DNA of 51,136 nt from Lachnospiraceae bacterium (lineage in GTDB: Bacteria; Bacillota; Clostridia; Oscillospirales; Acutalibacteraceae). The stretch lies in contig CAVBOS010000001.1 in the NCBI GenBank assembly GCA_963597005.1, positions 1-51,136 of the forward strand. The letters run 5' to 3'. Positions 42,478-50,757 of the stretch are shown one piece after another. A program made the translations under genes and the position numbers. The notes beneath the pieces were generated by a model that saw nothing but the letters and a program-made list of their open reading frames with translations, did no database searches and was not told the origin of the DNA. How positions within the stretch are numbered: the stretch's first letter is position 1; every line of letters starts with the position of its first letter.

Positions 42478-43116
42478 TTGTCGGGATGGCTTGTTTATTT
42501 TCTTTTTTATTTTTTGACGGAAAATCTGATACCGTACGACAGCTGTCACGTTATGCACTGCGTGCTTGATGATATAATACCGTTCAACGAGTACTTTGTG
42601 ATATTCTATGTTTCGTGGTATTTTTTGATAGCGACAAGCCTTCTTTATTTTCTGCTCTATGATGTCGAGAGTTTCAAAAAGCTGCAGACCTTTATCATCT
42701 GTACGCAGGTTATCGGAATGATATGCTATATCTTTTATCCGAGCATACAGAACCTTCGCCCAGATGAATTCACCCATCATAATGTTTTCACGGCTCTTAT
42801 GGGATTAATATACGAGTTTGATACGCCGACGGGCGTTTGTCCCTCGCTTCACGTAGCCTACTCCATGGGAATTATGTCCGTGTGGCTCAAGCAGAAAAAA
42901 CTGAAGCCTGTGGGAAAATTCGCTGTTTCCGCACTTTGCGTAATGATTTCGATATCTACAGCATTTGTTAAGCAGCATTCGTGCGTCGACATAATCTGTG
43001 CTGTTATAATGTGCGTTTTCATTGAGCTTTTTGTTTACAGAAAACGATATTTTGGGGCAAATCGGAAGTTTCTACAAAAAAATCAATATAATTTACTGCA
43101 AAGCAACAAAAAATAA
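42478..43116 (+). CDS. PAP2-superfamily membrane phosphatase / phosphotransferase (PAP2_C-like)
   Basis: 212 aa, polytopic. It has the C-terminal motifs PSLHVAYS and KQHSCVDIICAV. The TTG start has no clear SD, so the start is uncertain. Confidence 0.5.
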   Translation: MSGWLVYFLFYFLTENLIPYDSCHVMHCVLDDIIPFNEYFVIFYVSWYFLIATSLLYFLLYDVESFKKLQTFIICTQVIGMICYIFYPSIQNLRPDEFTHHNVFTALMGLIYEFDTPTGVCPSLHVAYSMGIMSVWLKQKKLKPVGKFAVSALCVMISISTAFVKQHSCVDIICAVIMCVFIELFVYRKRYFGANRKFLQKNQYNLLQSNKK

Positions 43117-43183
43117 TTCCCGTATAGATTTTTGCGTGTTAAAATGGTAAAATTAAGTTAACAGAACAAAGGAGGAAACCTTT

Positions 43184-43507
43184 ATGAAACTTATTTTGGC
43201 TATAGTAAGCAATAATGACGGAGCAGCCGTGCAGTCATCTCTGACAAAGGCGGGCTTTCAGGTGACAAAGCTTGCTACAACAGGCGGATTTCTTATGGCG
43301 GGAAACACTACGCTAATTTCAGGCGTCGAGGACGATAAAGTCCAAGAGGCTATTGATATAATCGGAACACATTCAAGCAAGCGCACTCAGATTACACCGG
43401 CAAACACTCAGATGGACCCGGGCATCTGCGCACCGTATCCGGTTGAGGTATCGGTGGGCGGCGCTACCATATTTGTTCTGAATGTAGACAGATTCGAGAA
43501 GGTCTGA
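43184..43507 (+). CDS. darA: cyclic-di-AMP receptor, PII-like (DarA/PstA, YaaQ)
   Basis: 107 aa. MKLILAIV, VTKLATTGGFL, GNTTL, YPVEVSVGGATIFVL closely parallel B. subtilis DarA. Conserved position upstream of holB. Confidence 0.9.
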   Translation: MKLILAIVSNNDGAAVQSSLTKAGFQVTKLATTGGFLMAGNTTLISGVEDDKVQEAIDIIGTHSSKRTQITPANTQMDPGICAPYPVEVSVGGATIFVLNVDRFEKV

Positions 43508-44523
43508 TGAATTTTGACGGTTTTGTCGGAAACGACGAGGTAAAAGAAAGACTAAATAAGCTGACAAGCTCGAAAAGACTGCCGCATGCACTGATTATTC
43601 AGGGGGCGGACGGACTCGGAAAGCACACGCTTGCAAAGAAAATTGCGGCATATCTCACATGTAAATGCGAGGACGAAAGTCTCAGACCGTGCGGAAGGTG
43701 CAAAGCTTGCGCCGAGATGCGTGCGGGAAGTCACCCCGATGTGAGAAGTATTGCGCCGCTCGGATCGGCAAAGACGGTGAATGTCGCTCAGATAAGAGAT
43801 TCGGTGGTGCTCGATTGCTACGAAAAGCCGATTGAAGCAGACTATAATATCTATCTGCTTGAATCGGGAAAGGCGTTCACGCCGCAGGTGCAGAATACTC
43901 TTCTTAAGGTCATTGAAGAGCCGCCAGAGGGCGGTGAGTTCATCATGCTTGTCTCAAGCGCCGAATCCATGCTGACCACAATAAGATCCCGTGCGGTGAC
44001 GCTCACATTGAGAGCTCCAAAAAAAGACGAGGCGATATCTGCTTGCAGAAAAATCCATCCCGAGATTGAAGAAGAGAAGCTTGAAGAAGCGGCTAAGCTT
44101 TTTAACAACAACATCGGAAGAATGCTCGATTTTCTTTCCGCTAATGATGAAAAGTCGGCAAAAAAGAGCAAGAAAAATTCTTCGCTTGCATTTGAGACGG
44201 CATCAGCTATTGCGAGAAATATCGACGCGAGAGAGCCGAGAATTTTGCTCGAAAAAAGCTTTCCGCTGATTGATGACAGAGCCTTGTTCACGGAGACGCT
44301 CGATATGCTCGAGGAGATTTTCCGTGACGCATGCGTGATTAAGGCGGGCGGTGACGGTCTGATAAGCACAGACCCCGAGGCGGCGGCAAAAATTGCCGAT
44401 TCGAGAACGAAGAAGCGAATAGTGGGATTGCCTGAGATATGCTCGAAATACCGAAAAATGTGTGACGGCAACGGCAACATGAAGCTTATCGTGACAAGCC
44501 TTTGCGCAAGACTCAGAGAATGA
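43507..44523 (+). CDS. holB: DNA polymerase III subunit delta-prime
   Basis: 338 aa. LPHALIIQGADGLGKHTLA, Zn-module CxxxxxxxCGRCKAC, and LLKVIEEPPEG (sensor/box VII). Confidence 0.8.
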   Translation: MNFDGFVGNDEVKERLNKLTSSKRLPHALIIQGADGLGKHTLAKKIAAYLTCKCEDESLRPCGRCKACAEMRAGSHPDVRSIAPLGSAKTVNVAQIRDSVVLDCYEKPIEADYNIYLLESGKAFTPQVQNTLLKVIEEPPEGGEFIMLVSSAESMLTTIRSRAVTLTLRAPKKDEAISACRKIHPEIEEEKLEEAAKLFNNNIGRMLDFLSANDEKSAKKSKKNSSLAFETASAIARNIDAREPRILLEKSFPLIDDRALFTETLDMLEEIFRDACVIKAGGDGLISTDPEAAAKIADSRTKKRIVGLPEICSKYRKMCDGNGNMKLIVTSLCARLRE

Positions 44524-44703
44524 TACAAAGTCGAATGCAGACTTATGCGTTCGGCTTTTTCTTTTGCCCAAAAACGGCACTTAATTTGTGGTTGAATAAA
44601 AATGTATTTTCTCTTATAATTAAAGGGAATGCACGCTAAGGCGTGATTGACATATTGTAAAACACACAAACGAAAGGCCCGTTTAATCGGATAAGGATAA
44701 AAT

Positions 44704-45570
44704 ATGGCAGAAGTTATCGGAGTAAAATTTACAAGCACCGGAAAGGTGTATTATTTCGACCCCGACAAGAGAATACTCGCAAGGGGCGAGAAGGTTATCG
44801 TTGAAACGGCTCGAGGAGTCGAGTGCGGCGAGGTTGCCCTCGAAAACCGTGAGGTTGCCGACGACAGCATCGTTCAGCCGCTTCGAAAGCTTATAAGAAT
44901 AGCTACCGAGGACGATTTTAAGAAGATAGAGGAGAACAAAGAGAAGGAAAAGAAGGCTTTTGTTCTTTGTGAAAAGAAAATTGCCGAGCATAAGCTTGAT
45001 ATGAAGCTTGTCGATGTTGAGTATACATTTGACAACAGCAAAATTCTTTTCTACTTCACCTCTGACGGCAGAGTCGATTTCAGAGAGCTTGTCAAAGATT
45101 TGGCGGCAATGTTCAGAACAAGAATTGAGCTAAGACAGATAGGCGTAAGAGACGAGGCTAAGCTTCTGGGCGGAATAGGCATTTGCGGCAGACCTTTTTG
45201 CTGTTCGAGCTTTTTGAACGGATTCCAGCCTGTATCCATTAAGATGGCTAAGGAACAGGGGCTTTCCCTCAATCCCGTTAAGATTTCGGGAACCTGCGGC
45301 AGACTCATGTGCTGTCTAAAGTACGAGCAGGAGGCTTATTCAGACCTTCTCAAGAGCACGCCGAAGGTCGGTGCAATTGTTTCCACTCAGGACGGCAAGG
45401 GAACGGTCATTGAGGTTAACCTCTTAACGAGAAAGCTCACCGTAAGGCTTGATAAAGCTCCCGACGCAGCCCCGACTATTTATAAGGCTGACGACGTTAA
45501 GGTTATCCGTGACGGACGAATAAGCGTCAACAAAAAGGAAATAGAAGAATTTAAAAAGCTTGAAAGCTAA
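44704..45570 (+). CDS. ricT: PSP1-domain protein RicT (YaaT)
   Basis: 288 aa. VIGVKFTSTGKVYYFDP, GRVDFRELVKDLAAMFRTRIELRQIGVRDEAK and GRLMCCLKYE are near-identical to B. subtilis YaaT. Confidence 0.9.
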   Translation: MAEVIGVKFTSTGKVYYFDPDKRILARGEKVIVETARGVECGEVALENREVADDSIVQPLRKLIRIATEDDFKKIEENKEKEKKAFVLCEKKIAEHKLDMKLVDVEYTFDNSKILFYFTSDGRVDFRELVKDLAAMFRTRIELRQIGVRDEAKLLGGIGICGRPFCCSSFLNGFQPVSIKMAKEQGLSLNPVKISGTCGRLMCCLKYEQEAYSDLLKSTPKVGAIVSTQDGKGTVIEVNLLTRKLTVRLDKAPDAAPTIYKADDVKVIRDGRISVNKKEIEEFKKLES

Positions 45571-45927
45571 GAACGAAACGCACCTTGTGTGCGTTTTGGA
45601 CTGTCGATAAACCCACGCACCGAAAAATGCCTTCACATAGCCTGAAAACGGCGCTGTGAAGGCATTTTTTCTTACTGCGTCAATCGCCCCTCAACGTACC
45701 TTTGTACGCTTATCGGGGCGATTTCCTTGTCTGCGAGTGTTTTTCGGTGTCCGCAGCGTGCCGAAAATACTTTTTTCGACACGCCGAGAACGCACTAATG
45801 TGCGTTCTTTTTTTGCTCTTAAAACAGAAAAAACAAAATTCGCGTGTGAGAAAACGAGAGAAAGCAAAAGAAAAAACGAGAAAACAAAAGAAACAAAAAT
45901 CTAAATTAAATTTATGCGAAAAAGTTG

Positions 45928-45956
45928 TTGACTTCATGGTTTTCTTGTGGTATTAT
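45928..45956 (+). promoter_or_regulatory. sigma-70 promoter of rplM-rpsI
   Basis: TTGACT (45928-45933), 17-nt spacer ending in TG, TATTAT (45951-45956). Confidence 0.65.
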
Positions 45957-46058
45957 CATTAAGCGCGTAAAGCGAAAAGGGCTTTATCAAGCGATTTTAT
46001 TAAAGTTTACCCGAGCGGGACGCTAGGGTTAAGATAACTAATTTTACGGAGGTACGCT

Positions 46059-46490
46059 ATGTCCACTTATATGGCAAAAGCCGGTCAGGTAGACCGCAAA
46101 TGGTATGTAATTGACGCTGCAGGCAAGCCACTCGGCCGTGTAGCAGCTCAGGCAGCTATTTTACTCAGAGGCAAGCATAAGACAACATTTACACCACACG
46201 TAGATTGCGGTGATCATGTTATCATCATCAACGCTGCAGACGCAGTTCTCACAGGCTCAAAGCTCGATAATAAGGTTTATTATCATCACACAGGCTACAT
46301 CGGCCACATGAAGGCTGTTAAGTACAGCACTCTCATGAGAACAAAGCCGGAGCTTGCTATGAAGCTCGCAGTTGAGGGTATGATTCCTTCAAACACAATC
46401 GGACGCGCAGCATGCACAAGACTTAAGATCTATGCAGGCAGCGAGCACCCACATGCATCTCAGAAGCCTGAGTCATGGGACAAGATCTAA
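46059..46490 (+). CDS. rplM: 50S ribosomal protein L13
   Basis: 143 aa. The sequence KWYVIDAAGKPLGRVAAQAAILLRGKHK is canonical L13. Confidence 0.97.
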   Translation: MSTYMAKAGQVDRKWYVIDAAGKPLGRVAAQAAILLRGKHKTTFTPHVDCGDHVIIINAADAVLTGSKLDNKVYYHHTGYIGHMKAVKYSTLMRTKPELAMKLAVEGMIPSNTIGRAACTRLKIYAGSEHPHASQKPESWDKI

Positions 46491-46507
46491 GAAGGAGGAA
46501 ATAGATA

Positions 46508-46909
46508 ATGTACGAGACAGCTCCATATTTTTACGGTACAGGCAGAAGAAAGTCCAGCGTAGCAAGAGTTAGACTTTACGAAGGTACAGGTAAGATCACA
46601 ATCAACGACAGAGACATCGACGATTACTTCGGACTTGAGACACTCAAGCTCATCGTTCGTCAGCCTCTCGCTCTCACAGAGACAGACGCTAAGTTTGATA
46701 TTGTTTGCCGTGTTGCAGGCGGCGGCGTTTCCGGTCAGGCTGGTGCAATCCGCCACGGTATCGCAAGAGCACTTCTTCAGTATGACTCCGAGAACCTCCG
46801 TGCTTCTCTCAAGAAGGCAGGTTTCCTCACAAGAGATCCGAGAATGAAGGAAAGAAAGAAGTACGGCCTCAAGGCTGCACGTCGTGCTCCTCAGTTCTCC
46901 AAGAGATAA
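46508..46909 (+). CDS. rpsI: 30S ribosomal protein S9
   Basis: 133 aa. [12 protein letters not shown] and the C-terminal [16 protein letters not shown] are canonical S9. Confidence 0.97.
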   Translation: MYETAPYFYGTGRRKSSVARVRLYEGTGKITINDRDIDDYFGLETLKLIVRQPLALTETDAKFDIVCRVAGGGVSGQAGAIRHGIARALLQYDSENLRASLKKAGFLTRDPRMKERKKYGLKAARRAPQFSKR

Positions 46910-46952
46910 TTTTTCGGTTTACCGAATTTATCGAAGAAGCTATCAAAGCACA

Positions 46953-46986
46953 AAAGCCCACGAATTGCCGTGGGCTTTATTTTTTG
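46953..46986 (+). terminator. rho-independent terminator after rpsI
   Basis: Stem AAAGCCCACG / CGTGGGCTTT followed by ATTTTTT. Confidence 0.8.
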
Positions 46987-47001
46987 CTGTATCTAAACGA
47001 A

Positions 47002-47029
47002 AAGACCTTCCTTTTGACGGGAAGGTCTT
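47002..47029. terminator. hairpin serving as terminator of the minus-strand micropeptide operon C
   Basis: Stem AAGACCTTCC / GGAAGGTCTT. The minus-strand reading is followed by TTTTCGTTT, and the hairpin lies 14 nt past the C3 stop. Confidence 0.6.
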
Positions 47030-47042
47030 AATTTTTAATTTT

Positions 47043-47123
47043 CTAATGTATTAGCTTAACATAGTCTACCAAAATGATTCTTGGCTTGTTGTCCTTATCC
47101 GTAAGCTTAGAGTTATTGCTCAT
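47043..47123 (-). CDS. micropeptide C3, 26 aa: MSNNSKLTDKDNKPRIILVDYVKLIH
   Basis: AAGGAG SD 6 nt upstream. Ends in TAG. Confidence 0.5.
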   Translation of the reverse strand: MSNNSKLTDKDNKPRIILVDYVKLIH

Positions 47124-47162
47124 AATTATCTCCTTATTCTTTCTTTTGATTTATTCTTGTTT

Positions 47163-47249
47163 TTAATGAGTAAACAGATTTGAGAAATTGAATACTCCCA
47201 GTCCCGACTGGTTAAATGCGTTTATGATTTTATCAAATAATTCTGTCAT
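47163..47249 (-). CDS. micropeptide C2, 28 aa: MTELFDKIINAFNQSGLGVFNFSNLFTH
   Basis: AAAGG SD about 6 nt upstream. C-terminal Gly/Phe-rich segment ending in His, like A14/A15. Confidence 0.45.
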   Translation of the reverse strand: MTELFDKIINAFNQSGLGVFNFSNLFTH

Positions 47250-47262
47250 ACTTCGCCTTTCT

Positions 47263-47346
47263 TTATTTCATGCCTATAAGCAAGCTGTTGCGGTGCTCGA
47301 TTGGTGGGCTTAAAAACCTCGACATATTATCAAAAAATCCTTTCAT
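47263..47346 (-). CDS. micropeptide C1, 27 aa: MKGFFDNMSRFLSPPIEHRNSLLIGMK
   Basis: AAAGGAG SD 8 nt upstream. The 76-aa track ORF (to 47493) would run through the promoter, so I trimmed it to the SD-led ATG. Confidence 0.5.
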   Translation of the reverse strand: MKGFFDNMSRFLSPPIEHRNSLLIGMK

Positions 47347-47399
47347 TTCTTTTTCTCCTTTCGTGTTATCCTTTTGATTTGTTGTTTTGTTGTGATTAC

Positions 47400-47433
47400 A
47401 TTCTATCAGCTTACATAGGACAGAATAAGGACA
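47400..47433 (-). promoter_or_regulatory. P7: TGTCC-N6-TGTCC-N12-TAGAAT promoter (minus strand)
   Basis: On the minus strand, TGTCC is at 47433-47429 and 47422-47418, and TAGAAT at 47405-47400, followed by GTAATCACAACAAAACAACAAATC leader. Spacing is identical to P1-P6. Confidence 0.6.
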
Positions 47434-47566
47434 AAAAAGAGGAGAAAGCGGCGAGAGTTTTTCACAATTCTTTGTAAGATGTTGAAAACACAAACAGAAA
47501 AGCGAAAATCTCCAAGCTTTTTCACTTGGAGACTCTCGCTGTATATATTAGGAAATCAAGATGAAG

Positions 47567-48781
47567 TTATACTCTTAATTGATTGTCCTGTTCCTCTGCG
47601 ACAACAATGTCGTCTGTGGTAAGATTTTCGTTTTCGTCTGATTTGTTTTTCTTTCTTGTCAGAAGAATACTGCTTGTCAGTGCGGTGAACGGTGCTACCG
47701 TTGCAAGACCGAACGAGCCGACGAGGGTATCGAGAATTTCAGCCGAAACATACTTGTAATTGAGAATGTGAAGAACAGGTGTGCCCTGTGCCATAAATAC
47801 CATCAGAAGAGCGATGCAGCTGCCCGAGTAAGCCAAAAGAAGGGTTGTGGTCATGGTGCCCAGAGCCGAGCGTGCGACATTCATGCCCGAATTAAAGGCT
47901 TCTTTCCAGCCGATGTCAGGCTTTTTTTCTATGACTTCGTTGATTGCGGAGGTGATGTCTACCGCCAAATCCATCATAGCGCCGCTTGCACCGAGGAAAA
48001 TGGAACTCATAAATATCTGGGTCAGGTTAAGATTTTGATAGCCTGAGTAAAGCAGAGATTCAGAGTTGCTCATCACGGCTCCGTGAATCTTGAAAACGGT
48101 TGTGAAGATTATCCCGAGTACACAAGTCGTAACCGTTCCGAGCATCGAGCCTGAAACCGCTGAGAGCGTCTTGATGTCAAAGCCGTATACAAAGTAAATT
48201 ATCATCAAGGTGAGAAGTGCTGTTATAAACAAGCCGACGGGAATGGGATTTACGCCTTTTAAATAAAGCGGAACCATTATTTTCCATATCGTGAGAACCG
48301 TGACAACGAAAGAGAAGACCGCTCTGAAGCCGTTTGCACCCGCTATCGCAATGAGAAAAAGGGTGAAGACTATCGCAAGGATAAGCTCCTTGTCAAGTCG
48401 GTAGTAGTCACTCATGGTGACGCGTGTGGCGTTGCCGTCATCATCAATGCTGACAACTGCAAGAGCCTTGTCGCCGACAGAGTAGATTTTATCGGACTCG
48501 AGAGAGCCGCTGAGCATATTGACGCCGCTCATTGTTTCTCCCTTGAATTTTCCGCTAAGTATCTTGAGCTCACATATTTGCTCGCCCGACTGAATAAGTC
48601 CCGTGGAATAGACGGAGCTCTCATCTGTCGAGAGAACCTCGACCTTACAGCGTTCGGCTTCCTGATAAATGACGGCGTATTCGTAGCCTGTCGGAATGAG
48701 CATAAGTGCGATTATCATAAGCGTTCCCGCAATCATGAACGCAAATTCTCTTTTTTTGTTTATATTCAGCAGTTTTTTCAT
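47567..48781 (-). CDS. YibE/F family membrane protein
   Basis: About 404 aa from the ATG at 48781 (MKKLLNINKK). N-terminal TM plus beta-rich extracytoplasmic domain, then 6-7 TM helices typical of YibE/F. Confidence 0.7.
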   Translation of the reverse strand: MKKLLNINKKREFAFMIAGTLMIIALMLIPTGYEYAVIYQEAERCKVEVLSTDESSVYSTGLIQSGEQICELKILSGKFKGETMSGVNMLSGSLESDKIYSVGDKALAVVSIDDDGNATRVTMSDYYRLDKELILAIVFTLFLIAIAGANGFRAVFSFVVTVLTIWKIMVPLYLKGVNPIPVGLFITALLTLMIIYFVYGFDIKTLSAVSGSMLGTVTTCVLGIIFTTVFKIHGAVMSNSESLLYSGYQNLNLTQIFMSSIFLGASGAMMDLAVDITSAINEVIEKKPDIGWKEAFNSGMNVARSALGTMTTTLLLAYSGSCIALLMVFMAQGTPVLHILNYKYVSAEILDTLVGSFGLATVAPFTALTSSILLTRKKNKSDENENLTTDDIVVAEEQDNQLRV

Positions 48782-48886
48782 CTTAACAGTAATTCCCTTA
48801 ATATATTTCAAATGGGAAATGCTTTCGGCATTCCCCATTTGACCGCAGTCTATCTAAACCTATACTTGGAGGATGTGGATTTTTTC

Positions 48887-50491
48887 TTATTCAACACCTG
48901 TGAGCTCTGCGAGCTTGTTGTAAATCTCTGTGTTGTCATAGAAACCGTCGAACTCGTCCTGACCGACTCCCTCAACAAGTACTGCTACAGGAAGACCCGT
49001 GTGAGCGTAGGATGAGAAGTTTACGCCGGACTTGTTGTTGAGAAGGTGAGTGATTGTAACGGTGAGCGGCTCATAGGAACCGTAGAGAACATATTCTTCC
49101 TGGCTAAAGGATTCCTCTTCGCCCGTTCTGCTCATTGTGGTCTCATAAGCTGTCTTTAGCTTCTGATACTCATAATCTGTGAGAACAAGGCTTCCCGTAT
49201 CCTCGGATTCTGGGTGCTTATCGGCACTGTCCTTGGAGCTTGTCTTCTCCTCGCTTGATGTCGGAGCCTCAAGACCGAAGAGCTCTGTGATGTCTTTCAT
49301 AACGGTATCGAAGTCTGTTTTCTCTTCCTTGTACTTTGCTACATAGTCGGAGTCAAACTTAGCGTAGGAGAGCTTCTGGTTGGAGATATTTGTAAGGAAT
49401 GTGTCGTAGTCTGTGCCAGCGTAGCCGATTGTGAGACCGCCTGTCTCGTGGTCGCCTGTGACGATGATGAGAGTTTCGTCAGCGTGTTCTTTAGCGAATT
49501 CAACAGCTACCTTGACTGCATTGTCAAGAGCAAGTGTATCGGTGAGGGTTGCGGCAGCGTCGTTTGCGTGGCAAGCCCAGTCGATTTTACCGCCCTCGCA
49601 CATCATGAAGAAGCCGTTTTCTGCGTTGCCGAGAACCTCAATTCCCTTGGAAACATAGTCGGCAAGTGCCCACTGACCGTCCTCAAGGTCCATATCGTAG
49701 TTCATAGCGTCGGAGTCAGCAAGATTTTCGTCGATGATGAGAGCCTTGCTTGTATCTGAATTAATCTTCTCAGCCTCTTCCTTTGTCTTTGCTACTGTGT
49801 AGCCGTTCTCTGCGGCAAGCTCATAGATGTCCTTCTGGTCGCCGTTCTCGCCTGTAGCCTGCTTTACTGCGCCGCCTGCGAAGTAATCAAAGTCAGAATT
49901 TACCATTTCGAGAGCGATGTCATAGTAGCTGTTTCTCGAAGCAACGTGGCTGTAGAATGCAGCCGGAGTTGCGTGATTGATGTTAACGGAGGAGATGATG
50001 CCGATTTCATAGCCCTTCTGCTTTTTGAGCTTCTCGGCGATAGTCTCGTAAGAGGTTGTGCCTGTCTCGTCCATGTTGATAGTACCGCTGTAGGTCTTGT
50101 GACCTGTTGAAATTGAAGTTGCGGTAGATGCCGAGTCAGGGCAGAACGATGTGCTGTCATATGTCTGAGCAGAGCCTGCAACAGCAAGGTTGAGCATAGT
50201 GAGGTTATCGTTCGGTGCCTCTAAGATGTCATTGTCATTGGTGTCCTCGACAGCGGAGAGGTAATAGTTTGTGAGCTGAAGCTGCGGATAGCTCATTCCG
50301 TCACCGATGAACATGAAGATGTACTTTGGCGTTTTCTTTTCTGTTTCGCCGTTGTCTGATTTTGTGCTTACAGATGTAGTGGTTGTTGCCGATGCTTTGA
50401 TTGAAGCAGAGTTACCGAATGTGGCTGCGCTTGATACAGTGAGAGCGAGAGCCATCAAGACGGAGGCAACTTTGATAAGTTTCTTGTGCAT
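48887..50491 (-). CDS. alkaline phosphatase (PhoA family), secreted
   Basis: 534 aa with a signal peptide. Active-site context FIGDGMS and DSASTATSISTGHKT, and metal ligands in TGDHETGG and SYAHTG. Confidence 0.85.
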   Translation of the reverse strand: MHKKLIKVASVLMALALTVSSAATFGNSASIKASATTTTSVSTKSDNGETEKKTPKYIFMFIGDGMSYPQLQLTNYYLSAVEDTNDNDILEAPNDNLTMLNLAVAGSAQTYDSTSFCPDSASTATSISTGHKTYSGTINMDETGTTSYETIAEKLKKQKGYEIGIISSVNINHATPAAFYSHVASRNSYYDIALEMVNSDFDYFAGGAVKQATGENGDQKDIYELAAENGYTVAKTKEEAEKINSDTSKALIIDENLADSDAMNYDMDLEDGQWALADYVSKGIEVLGNAENGFFMMCEGGKIDWACHANDAAATLTDTLALDNAVKVAVEFAKEHADETLIIVTGDHETGGLTIGYAGTDYDTFLTNISNQKLSYAKFDSDYVAKYKEEKTDFDTVMKDITELFGLEAPTSSEEKTSSKDSADKHPESEDTGSLVLTDYEYQKLKTAYETTMSRTGEEESFSQEEYVLYGSYEPLTVTITHLLNNKSGVNFSSYAHTGLPVAVLVEGVGQDEFDGFYDNTEIYNKLAELTGVE

Positions 50492-50684
50492 TTTTTCCTC
50501 TTTCTACAATAGATGCATAATACGAATTTGCGGAGTTTTAATCACTTTATTCACGTTTTCCGCATTAAAAGAATAACATCTTAATTAAATTTAAACTATC
50601 GGAGTTCGGTATAGATAAGGTTATATTTATGTAAAATCGTGGAGGGGATTTCTTTACTTTTTTTACACAAGGAAAAATCAAACA

Positions 50685-50718
50685 TAAAAAAGCGAAGTCC
50701 CAATCAAAGAGACTTCGC
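50685..50718 (-). terminator. rho-independent terminator after the partial DHHW-like gene
   Basis: The minus strand reads GCGAAGTC-loop-GACTTCGC followed by TTTTTTAT. Confidence 0.7.
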
Positions 50719-50757
50719 CTGATTCCTGATTAATTATATTATAATGATATTTTAAAG

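Noticed and set aside
43851-44738. A 295-aa minus-strand ORF covering most of holB.
   Set aside because: It is Ser-rich with no recognisable motif and no SD. It is fully overlapped by holB, which has clear delta-prime motifs and conserved darA-holB-ricT synteny.
45957-46058. Possible ribosomal-protein L13 leader (autoregulatory RNA) between the rplM promoter and the start codon.
   Set aside because: A 100-nt leader exists, but I cannot verify the covariation model by eye. It is not reported as a feature.
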